Shown here: piece after piece, positions 18,131 through 26,416 of the stretch
How the letters are laid out: each line of letters begins with the position of its first letter
Position numbering within the stretch: the first letter of the stretch is position 1
Assembly: GCA_013329215.1 (NCBI GenBank)
Contig: DUKS01000012.1
Location: 1-57,385, forward strand
Origin: Nanobdellota archaeon
GTDB lineage: Archaea; Nanobdellota; Nanobdellia; SCGC-AAA011-G17; GW2011-AR17
Length of the DNA: 57,385 bases
Direction: 5' to 3'
The notes under the pieces: model-generated
What the model saw: only the letters and a program-made list of their open reading frames with translations
Database searches by the model: none
What the model was told of the DNA's origin: nothing
Translations under genes and position numbers: made by a program

Positions 18131-18453
18131 AAGTAAAATTTATTCCAATAGAGACCCTCCTTGAAATGAAGGAGAACAATGCGGGATTCAGGCTTGTTGA
18201 AGTGCTTTCAGAGGATAGCTTTGCAGAAGGGCACATTCCGGGCGCAATTAATATGCCAGCAGACAGGATTAAAGGGATGGCAGGAAAGATGCTGAAGAAA
18301 ACCGATACAATAGTTGTGTACTGTGGGGGCTACCACTGCCCTGCCAGCACAAATGCCGCAAAAATCCTGATGTCAATGGGCTATAAGAAAGTGCTTGATT
18401 ACAAGGCCGGCAAGAAAGGATGGAAAGATGCAGGGCTTGAGCTTGAAAAATAA
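18127..18453 (+). CDS. Rhodanese-domain sulfurtransferase
   Basis: Single rhodanese domain with active-site loop VVYCGGYHCPAS. Confidence 0.75.
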   Translation: MKVKFIPIETLLEMKENNAGFRLVEVLSEDSFAEGHIPGAINMPADRIKGMAGKMLKKTDTIVVYCGGYHCPASTNAAKILMSMGYKKVLDYKAGKKGWKDAGLELEK

Positions 18454-19792
18454 GGGCAGCAAAGCTATACTCATAACAGCGCTGCTTGCAATAATCCTTG
18501 TACTGGGCTATTCAGCTTTTTACCGCTATATATCCCCACCCGCCCCAAGCATAGAATCATTTGGCGAAGTTGGGATTAAGCTTATAGCAGACGGGCTTGC
18601 GTCTCCGGCAGACATAGCATTCCCGGATGACGAGACAGGAAGGCTGTTTGTCGCTGACAGGCCGGGCATTGTAAAGCTGATAAACAGCGACGGTTCTGTG
18701 CAGGATGAGCCATTTCTTGACATCACAGGCAGGGTAGCAAGCCTAAGCCCCTCATATGATGAGCGCGGCCTTCTCGGGATTGCATTTCACCAGAAATTCA
18801 GGGAAAACGGCAGGCTCTATGTATTTTATAATGCCGAACTTCGCAATGAAGCGCCGGCAGGATGGGACTCAACAATACGGGTTTCTGAATTCAGAGCAAA
18901 TGAGCCAAACAAGGCAGACCCCGCATCAGAGCGGATAATTATGGAGCTGGACAAGCCTTATATGAACCACAACGGCGGGCAGATTATATTCGGCCCTGAC
19001 GGATTCCTTTATGTTTCGACAGGAGACGGAGGAAATGCAAACGACGTTGGCACAGGGCATAATGCTCCCATCGGAAACGGCCAGGACACATTTTCACTGC
19101 TTGGTAAAATACTGCGCATTGATGTGGACAGCAGGAACAGCGGAAAGGAATATGGGATACCAAAAGACAACCCATTCAGTGACGGAAAAGAAGGGCTTGA
19201 AGAAATATACGCCTATGGCTTCAGGAATCCATGGAGGATGTCATTTGATGAAAAAGGGAGGCTGTTTGCAGGGGATGCAGGCCAGAACCTGTGGGAAGAG
19301 ATAGACCTTGTGGATAAAGGCGGAAACTACGGCTGGAATATCCGCGAAGGGGCGCACTGCTTTGACATTAACAATGCCGACAAATCTCCTGAAACATGCG
19401 CTTCAACAGGCTATCGCGGGGAACCTCTTTTGGAACCGGTTATAGAATATCCCAATGCAAACCAAAAAGACGGGCTCGGGCGCACAAATGTAGGGGGATT
19501 TATGTACACAGGCAATGCAATTCCGGAGTTGCGCAACAAATTCATTTTTGCGGACTGGAGCATTGGCTTTATCAATGGCGATGGGACATTGTTTGCAGCA
19601 GAGCCGCAGGAAAAAGGGCTGTGGCTGTTCAAAGAGCTTAAAATAGCAGGAAAGGCAAACGGGAGGCTGGGGGAGTTTATACTTTCATTGGGCCGCGATT
19701 CAGGGAATGAGCTGTATCTTCTGGCAACAGAAAACGCAGGGCCCGGCGGCAGCGCAGGCAGGGTTTACAAGCTCGCCCCCGCAATTGCGTAA
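18428..19792 (+). CDS. PQQ-dependent soluble sugar (glucose/sorbosone) dehydrogenase-like beta-propeller, membrane-anchored or secreted
   Basis: HNGGQIIFGPDGFLYVSTGDGG and YAYGFRNPWRMSFD. N-terminal TM helix after the ATG at 18428; the track ORF starts at 18395. Confidence 0.75.
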   Translation: MQGLSLKNKGSKAILITALLAIILVLGYSAFYRYISPPAPSIESFGEVGIKLIADGLASPADIAFPDDETGRLFVADRPGIVKLINSDGSVQDEPFLDITGRVASLSPSYDERGLLGIAFHQKFRENGRLYVFYNAELRNEAPAGWDSTIRVSEFRANEPNKADPASERIIMELDKPYMNHNGGQIIFGPDGFLYVSTGDGGNANDVGTGHNAPIGNGQDTFSLLGKILRIDVDSRNSGKEYGIPKDNPFSDGKEGLEEIYAYGFRNPWRMSFDEKGRLFAGDAGQNLWEEIDLVDKGGNYGWNIREGAHCFDINNADKSPETCASTGYRGEPLLEPVIEYPNANQKDGLGRTNVGGFMYTGNAIPELRNKFIFADWSIGFINGDGTLFAAEPQEKGLWLFKELKIAGKANGRLGEFILSLGRDSGNELYLLATENAGPGGSAGRVYKLAPAIA

Positions 19793-19825
19793 AGCTTATA
19801 ACCCCCCAAGAAGTGCCTTATAGCC

Positions 19826-20551
19826 ATGAATTTCCTTGAGCGACTGACAAGAAGGAATACGCTGTACTACCCGGGCTGCCTTGCGAAGTTTGCCGCCAAA
19901 GAGATTTCTGATAAATACCAGAAGATTCTGAAACAGATAGGCGCAGAATTTATAATGCTGCCCAATGCAGAGCTGTGCTGCGGCAGCCCGCTGATTAACT
20001 CAGGCCATCCGGATATTGCCAGGGAAATGGCTGAAAAGAATTTTAAAATATTCAAAGAGCATGGTGTGAAAAAAATTATTACAAACTGCCCGGGCTGCTA
20101 CAAGGTGTTTGCAAAAGATTATCCTAAACTCGTTCAGGGCTGGGACATTGAGACTGAGCATACTGTTGTGACATTGCTGAGGCATTTTGAGAAAAACCCG
20201 CCAAAAGTGGAAAAAAGGATAACAGCAGCATACCATGACCCGTGCCACCTTGGAAGGCATATGGGCTTGTATGAAGAGCCAAGAAAACTGCTTAGCCTGC
20301 TCGGCGTTGATTTGAAGGAAATGCCGCTTTCAGGAAAAGAGTCATTATGCTGCGGGGGCGGAAGCGGAGTGAAAACAAACTATCCTGAGCTTGCAAATTC
20401 TGTTGCAAAAGAAAGGCTCGAGATGGCCAAAAAAGTTGCAAACCTTGTGATCACGCCCTGCCCGATGTGCTTTAAGCATATGGATGAGAATGCAGAAGGA
20501 ATCAATGTAATTGAAATGAGCGAGCTGATTGACACAGGTGAAACAAAATGA
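19826..20551 (+). CDS. Cysteine-rich (CCG-domain) Fe-S oxidoreductase, LutA/GlpC-like
   Basis: Two CCG-type motifs: CCGSP..NCPGC and CCGGG..PCPMC. Confidence 0.7.
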   Translation: MNFLERLTRRNTLYYPGCLAKFAAKEISDKYQKILKQIGAEFIMLPNAELCCGSPLINSGHPDIAREMAEKNFKIFKEHGVKKIITNCPGCYKVFAKDYPKLVQGWDIETEHTVVTLLRHFEKNPPKVEKRITAAYHDPCHLGRHMGLYEEPRKLLSLLGVDLKEMPLSGKESLCCGGGSGVKTNYPELANSVAKERLEMAKKVANLVITPCPMCFKHMDENAEGINVIEMSELIDTGETK

Positions 20552-21810
20552 CTGACGTTGCAAAGCTCGTAGAAGAAAGGGCAAAGGGAAGGGATGCAAT
20601 ACTGCAGTTCGCGCTTGAGTATAAGGCAAAAAGGGAGAATGCGCTTTCAGGAGAAAATGAGGAAGAGCTGAAGAACAGGCTTGAGGCGATAAGAAAGAAT
20701 TCAATAACAAACCTTAGTGCGCTGAAATCAAGGGCAATTGCAAGCCTTGCCGCAAACGGGTTTGTTGTACATGAGGCAAAAAATGCAGAAGAGGCTGTTG
20801 AAAAGGCCAAAGAGGCCATCGGCAAAGAGAAGCTAATTGTTAAATCAAAGTCAAACACGCTTGATGAAATAAAAATAGAGGAAGCGCTTGAAGGCAGGGA
20901 AGTCGTTGAAACAGACCTCGGTGACTTTATGAACCAGGTTGCGGGCAACAAAGACATGCATCCTGTGATGCCTGCATTGAACTTGACGCCGAGGGACATG
21001 GCAAACGCGATACGGGAAAAGTTCAAGGAAGTTGTCGAGGCAAAGCCTGAGGCGATTGCCGGCTTCGCAAGGGAATACCTGCGGGAGAAGCTCATAAAAG
21101 CGAAGGTCGGGATTTCAGGCGCAAATGCAGTAACTGCCCAGGGCAATGTTATAATGCTTGAGAATGAGGGAAATATCTCGCTTGTTTCAAGAATGCCCGA
21201 CACGCACATAATTGTTGTCGGCATTGACAGGATTGTTGAAAATGTTGAAGAGGCAATGCATGTTGCAAAATGCAGTGCGATATGGGGCACTGGCCAGAAA
21301 TGGACTTCATATGTAAGCGTCATATCAGGGCCAAGCAAGACAGCCGATGTGCAGAACAAGCTTGTCGTCGGGGCGCAGGGGGCAAAAGAAGTGCACATAA
21401 TACTTCTGGATAACGGGAGAACGCAGATGATAAACGAGGGATTCGGGGAGCTTTTGCAGTGCATTGGCTGCGGCGCATGCCTGAACTTCTGCCCGGCTTT
21501 TCATCAGGTGCAGAATGGGTTTGGATGCGATGCGCTCGGAGGAATAAAAGGCGTTGTAACGCAAATGTTCCGCAAAGGAAAGCAGGCTGCTTTTGAATGC
21601 GGCGCATTCTACTGCCTGACCTGCCTGTCATGCAAGTTCAACTGCCCTGCAAAAATCGGCTTTGGAAAATATTTGCTTAAAACCAGGGAGCTTCTTGTTA
21701 AAGAAGGGCTTGAGCCTGAAGCTTCAAAAAAGATGGCTGAAAAGGCAAAAGCAACAGGCAACCCGTTCGGGAGCAGCTCTGAAAATCCGAAGGAATTGTA
21801 CTGCTGCTAA
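20548..21810 (+). CDS. LUD-domain plus 4Fe-4S protein, LutB-like
   Basis: Ferredoxin motifs CIGCGACLNFCP and CLTCLSCKFNCP C-terminal to a LUD-like domain. ATGA overlap with the LutA-like gene. Confidence 0.7.
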   Translation: MTDVAKLVEERAKGRDAILQFALEYKAKRENALSGENEEELKNRLEAIRKNSITNLSALKSRAIASLAANGFVVHEAKNAEEAVEKAKEAIGKEKLIVKSKSNTLDEIKIEEALEGREVVETDLGDFMNQVAGNKDMHPVMPALNLTPRDMANAIREKFKEVVEAKPEAIAGFAREYLREKLIKAKVGISGANAVTAQGNVIMLENEGNISLVSRMPDTHIIVVGIDRIVENVEEAMHVAKCSAIWGTGQKWTSYVSVISGPSKTADVQNKLVVGAQGAKEVHIILLDNGRTQMINEGFGELLQCIGCGACLNFCPAFHQVQNGFGCDALGGIKGVVTQMFRKGKQAAFECGAFYCLTCLSCKFNCPAKIGFGKYLLKTRELLVKEGLEPEASKKMAEKAKATGNPFGSSSENPKELYCC

Positions 21811-22505
21811 TCTTTTTTCATATAAAATGCTCTCTTATCCCCGCCAAACTTTTCAATAGCATACCTCAGCATTGTCCTCGGCATCTGCCTGTAATGCTTC
21901 TTTAGAAAATTCTCTTCTGCATTCAAATCCCTTTTTCCGATTTCCCTCAGCATCCAGCCGGCCGCCTTGTGAATTAAGTCGTGCGTGTCTTTGAGCAAAA
22001 GCTCTGCAATTGCCAAAGAGTCCCTGAAATCATTCTCTTTGATAAAGGCGAATGTTGAAAGCACAGCAATTCTCCTCTCCCAGAGCATTGGTGACTTTGC
22101 AAGCCGGTAAAGCGGCTTCCTGCCCTTGTCCAAAAGGTATTCGCCAAGAATCTTTGGCGCTGAAAGGTCAACCAGGTCCCAGTTGTTTATGTTTTTGGTA
22201 TTGGCAAGATAAAGCTTAACAATAGCCTCTTTCTTTTTTTCATCCGCTTTCTTAAACTGGCATGCCAGTATGAGCAGCGCAGTCAGCCTGTGTTCGTGTA
22301 TCCTGCTGTTCAAAAGCCCCTGGATCTCAGGAAGCGAAAGTTCCCTGTATTTTGCAGCCACCTTTCTCTGCAATGGGACAACAATCCCAAAGAACACATC
22401 CCCTTCACTGTACTCACCTTTCCCAGTCTTGAAAAACCAGGCGTAGTCTTTCGCCTTTTTGGGGTCTGCAAGCTTTTGCATTTCCTTCTTAAGATGTGAA
22501 AGCAT
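21807..22505 (-). CDS. DNA alkylation repair protein (AlkD/AlkC-like HEAT-repeat glycosylase family)
   Basis: DPKKAKDYAWFFKTGKGEYSEGDVFFGI, HEHRLTALLIL and NNWDLVDLSAP match the family's conserved blocks. Confidence 0.7.
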   Translation of the reverse strand: MLSHLKKEMQKLADPKKAKDYAWFFKTGKGEYSEGDVFFGIVVPLQRKVAAKYRELSLPEIQGLLNSRIHEHRLTALLILACQFKKADEKKKEAIVKLYLANTKNINNWDLVDLSAPKILGEYLLDKGRKPLYRLAKSPMLWERRIAVLSTFAFIKENDFRDSLAIAELLLKDTHDLIHKAAGWMLREIGKRDLNAEENFLKKHYRQMPRTMLRYAIEKFGGDKRAFYMKKD

Positions 22506-22579
22506 GATATTGAGAACAAAGCCAGCAATATAAATGTAGTGGGAAAAAGATTTAAAGAACAGATGCGCCTAATAAAGCA

Positions 22580-25078
22580 ATGAAAAAAGCGCTTATCGCC
22601 ATGTTATGCCTTGCACTGCTTGTTTCTGCGGCATTTGCGCTTGAAGAAACCATAACAGGCAACATTGTAAAGCTGCCGTTATTGAAAAATCTTGTTGCAA
22701 AAAACAATGCAGCGCCTGCGGAGCAGCCGCCTTCTGAAGATGAGATGGAATTGAGAGAGGGCACATTCTCAGCAAACATAAAACGCACTGAAAGGTATTA
22801 TGGGAAGCAGGCATTCGTTGTTTCTGACAAAGACTGGCACAATGTTTTATCCCTGGTTCCTGTTTCACTTTGGTATGAGGGCGGGGAGCTGAAAAAATAC
22901 CCTGTATTGATTTACCACGAGGAAGACAACGGGTTTGACGCTGATTCTGCCATAACGTTCCTCAGGCAATATAATTCAAAGAAGGTTGTCCTTGTCGGCG
23001 ATACACCTGAAGAGCTTGACAATATACTGATAGCGGATGGCTACACTTATTTGCTTGAAGCGGATGTTGAGCCTGTCGCGCCTGAATTTGCTCCCCTGAC
23101 TGGAAGGCCGATAGCAAACATCCCGCCCCCAAGGAGAGATGAATTGATATCTCCTGTAAGAGGAATTGACCTAACTCCTGACTGGCTTACAAGAATCAGC
23201 CCTGATGATTACACAAGGTACTGGAGCAGATATAATACAGTTGTTGTTTGCGAAGATAATTACCAGTTGGGGCTGCTGGCTTCTGTTTACGCATCATACC
23301 TGAATGCACCTTTGTTTTTTGAAGGGAGAGTGCCTTCTGATGTGAGCCTTGCAAGGAAAAGAATTGTCACGGTTGGAAGAACAAGCTATACCGGAGCAGA
23401 AAGCTATAACCTTGCCCAGATTGAGCAAAAACTTGCAAGGGATTATCCAACAGACAAGATAATTCTTGTAAATTACAATGATTTGGCGATAAGGGAAACA
23501 AGGCCATTGTATATGCCATATACTACTATGCTAAATCGCGCAGAGATAGAAGAGCTGTATTCAAAAACATCCCTCTCGGCGCCGTTCCTTGCAGCCGGCA
23601 AGAATGAATTTATCATTACAACTGATAATACTGACAAAAATGGGGTGAAAGTGATAATGGAATGGAAAATCGCGAGGTACGGCCTTGACCCCAAATACCT
23701 GACAATAATGGCATCACCTCCGGCAATACAGATGGATGAGAACGTTGGGGCAAGGGAGGATTACACAGAAGTAGACAACCATATATACGGCGATATGAAT
23801 GTCATGGGGGTTGTTGACGGGCTGCAGGACCTCGCAGTCGGAAGAATCTTCAGCCTTACGCCCTCGGACGTTTCCTCATACGTTGCAAGGGACCTTTTCA
23901 TTGAATATTTTGGGCGGGACCGGGCTTTTGCTTCATTGTGGCCGGCTGCAATGATACCGAAGAAAGCGGACGGGAAGGCGACCGACAAGGCATTCAGGAA
24001 TGCAGGGTTTAGGCAGGAAAGCGTTTATACAGATGAAGGCACAACCGGAATTGAAGCTGAAAGAGACATGAACCATAAGTCGTATATCGCCTACCTTGCC
24101 CACGGCACCGTCCTGGGATGGGGCGGAGGGATACAGACAGACACGCTAAGAAGCTATAACATACATATGGACCCGGCAATCGTATTCAGCGTTGCATGCG
24201 ATACCTGCGCTTATTCTTTGGCCAATGCATATGCGAGCGGGTTGTTCTGCGCAAACATACTGAAGCATGGCGCAATCGCCCACATCGGAGCCGTGGACGG
24301 TGAAAGCGTCGAACTCAAGAGCAGCTCTATTATTGCCAATGAATTGTTAAATGGCAAGGATATAGGGCAGGCCATGCTCAGGTACAAGCAGATATTCGAG
24401 GCTTACGGGCATTTAAAGAAGGAAACCCAAAAAATAGCCTATCCCTCCGGAAGGGAAGAACTGCCTTATGAGCCGGTCTATGTACTGCTCGGCGACCCAA
24501 CAATCAGGCTTACAGAAAGCCCGTATGAAACAGATGAAGTTGCAATCACAGAAGAGGACGCAACATTCACAGACAAAATAATAAGAATACGCATAGAACA
24601 GGCAGATGATAACTTTATGATAACCTGCGACAGAGACGGAGGCGCAGAATGCAGCAGGGGAGAATTCACATTTTACGAAAACCCAGTGAGCAAAGCCTAT
24701 GTTGACGGCATAAGAAAGGTGGAAGATGAGCTGGACCCGGAATTTGTGCCTGTTTTTGGCGACATGATATACCTTGAAACAGATGGATTTACGGAGATAG
24801 CATCGCTAAAATTAAAAATAACATATGCAGACGGCAGAAGCGAGAGCCACAGCTTAACCAGGCATGGCGACTTATTTTACAAATGCTCCTCAACATGCCT
24901 CTCAAGCACAGAAGATTTGATTGCGCAGGTATACGACCTTAAGACAGGCGGCAACAGGCACAGGATTTTCCTGAATTTCAATAAAAGAGGCATTGGCGCA
25001 GACAAAATAATACCAGGGTACAGCTATGAGCTTGAGCTTAAAACTGAAACCGCCACCGGGACAAGGAGGTTTGACTAG
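22580..25078 (+). CDS. Large secreted protein: N-terminal cell-wall-binding-repeat-like region and a putative clan-CD (gingipain C25-like) cysteine peptidase core
   Basis: Signal peptide MKKALIAMLCLALLVSAAFA. Candidate His/Cys dyad contexts YLAHGTVLGWGG and VFSVACDTCAY. Weak, pattern-level. Confidence 0.35.
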   Translation: MKKALIAMLCLALLVSAAFALEETITGNIVKLPLLKNLVAKNNAAPAEQPPSEDEMELREGTFSANIKRTERYYGKQAFVVSDKDWHNVLSLVPVSLWYEGGELKKYPVLIYHEEDNGFDADSAITFLRQYNSKKVVLVGDTPEELDNILIADGYTYLLEADVEPVAPEFAPLTGRPIANIPPPRRDELISPVRGIDLTPDWLTRISPDDYTRYWSRYNTVVVCEDNYQLGLLASVYASYLNAPLFFEGRVPSDVSLARKRIVTVGRTSYTGAESYNLAQIEQKLARDYPTDKIILVNYNDLAIRETRPLYMPYTTMLNRAEIEELYSKTSLSAPFLAAGKNEFIITTDNTDKNGVKVIMEWKIARYGLDPKYLTIMASPPAIQMDENVGAREDYTEVDNHIYGDMNVMGVVDGLQDLAVGRIFSLTPSDVSSYVARDLFIEYFGRDRAFASLWPAAMIPKKADGKATDKAFRNAGFRQESVYTDEGTTGIEAERDMNHKSYIAYLAHGTVLGWGGGIQTDTLRSYNIHMDPAIVFSVACDTCAYSLANAYASGLFCANILKHGAIAHIGAVDGESVELKSSSIIANELLNGKDIGQAMLRYKQIFEAYGHLKKETQKIAYPSGREELPYEPVYVLLGDPTIRLTESPYETDEVAITEEDATFTDKIIRIRIEQADDNFMITCDRDGGAECSRGEFTFYENPVSKAYVDGIRKVEDELDPEFVPVFGDMIYLETDGFTEIASLKLKITYADGRSESHSLTRHGDLFYKCSSTCLSSTEDLIAQVYDLKTGGNRHRIFLNFNKRGIGADKIIPGYSYELELKTETATGTRRFD

Positions 25079-25899
25079 TGAAGCAGATTACAGCAATAAT
25101 CGCAATGCTGGCTATATTAAGCAGTATGGCCTCTGCACTAACATGCAGCATTGATGCAAAAAGCGAAGTCAGGGCAGGGGAAGAACTGTATTTTGCCTAT
25201 ACAATAAGCTCAGAAGCCGGCAGTGGAGTTATATACATCCCGGAAATTTCATGCCAAAGCAATATGCCTTCAAGCGCGCTCGAAAAATCATTGGGCAGGG
25301 CTGACGCCAAAGGGAAGATCAGCGGAAGATACAGCATGGGAACTGTTAATGCCGTTATAAAATCCCAGGAATGCACCGCAAGAATAGGAATAACAGCCCC
25401 CGCCGAAGCAGCCTGCGAAAAGAAAATAATGATAAGGGCAGACCCTGAGATTGACATCAGGTTAACGGCATGCAGCAATAATGCATGCACAACTAAAAGG
25501 TCCTCTTTTGTAAAAGGAAGCGCAGTATATCTTCAGGCGCCTTCAAAAGTATCCGCTTCTGCCACAGCTTCAATTGCATTCCCTGACAAGATAATAAAAA
25601 CAATTGCATTGCCGGGAAGCTTCATAGCAACCCAATCAGGCGAATACATGATAGAATATACTGCAACAAAACCAGGGTATAAGGAAACGAAGGGTACGGC
25701 AAGCATATTTGTAATAGAGCAGGCATATACAGTGCCTTATGCAGACTTTTCTTCAAAAGCAGGGCAGGCAGTCGTCAGGCCTGTGTTCAGGGAGCCTTCT
25801 GCCTTAGCCGCGCCGGCTGCAGCAAAAGCCACTGCAAAGAAATCAACCTTCAGGGGGCTTCTGAGCAGGATTACAGGGTATTTTGCAATGATATTCTGA
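25078..25899 (+). CDS. Secreted hypothetical protein with a C-terminal hydrophobic anchor
   Basis: GTG start overlapping the upstream stop (TAGTG). Signal peptide. C-terminal ..KKSTFRGLLSRITGYFAMIF. Confidence 0.45.
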   Translation: MKQITAIIAMLAILSSMASALTCSIDAKSEVRAGEELYFAYTISSEAGSGVIYIPEISCQSNMPSSALEKSLGRADAKGKISGRYSMGTVNAVIKSQECTARIGITAPAEAACEKKIMIRADPEIDIRLTACSNNACTTKRSSFVKGSAVYLQAPSKVSASATASIAFPDKIIKTIALPGSFIATQSGEYMIEYTATKPGYKETKGTASIFVIEQAYTVPYADFSSKAGQAVVRPVFREPSALAAPAAAKATAKKSTFRGLLSRITGYFAMIF

Positions 25900-25907
25900 A
25901 TCAAGCC

Positions 25908-26270
25908 ATGCCCAAAAGCCTTTTTAACCCCAAACAGCATATATTCCTCATGCCTAAAAAATCCCTCTGGGAGATTCTTGTCCCGAAGTATTCAAATCAG
26001 GGCAGGCAGTATCCTCTTAAGCACCACCATTTGTGGGATGAAAAAGTAAGGGAGATTGCAGGCGGCATAACAATACTGAAAAGCGCAAAAGGGCAGTGGG
26101 TAAACACCAAAGGGAAACTGTTTGCAGAAAAAATGATTCCTGTGCGGGTGTATTGCAGCAAAAAAGAGATTGGAAAGATAATACGGCTTACTCTGGAGCA
26201 TTACAACCAGGAGGCAGCCATGGCTTATGAGCTGAGCTCAAACGTAAAGGTTGTGAAGCGTAGCACGTAG
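25908..26270 (+). CDS. Hypothetical protein
   Basis: 120-aa ORF with no competing frame and no recognised motif. Confidence 0.4.
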   Translation: MPKSLFNPKQHIFLMPKKSLWEILVPKYSNQGRQYPLKHHHLWDEKVREIAGGITILKSAKGQWVNTKGKLFAEKMIPVRVYCSKKEIGKIIRLTLEHYNQEAAMAYELSSNVKVVKRST

Positions 26271-26416
26271 GCGGTAGCTACTGCCCACCAGCCACTACCT
26301 ACGTGCCATATGCCATCTCCACCACAGAAATCCTTTTATACCATTAGTCTTTTTGCTATATTCGAGGCAACGAAATTAACATTTCGAGCCTCACTTCGTA
26401 AATACTCGTGAGGCAA

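Noticed and set aside
20502-21464. 320-aa minus-strand ORF, the largest 'extra' ORF in the track
   Set aside because: It lies entirely antisense to the LutB-like gene, which has clear LUD and ferredoxin motifs. Its translation is low-complexity S/A/F-rich with no motif. It is a shadow ORF.
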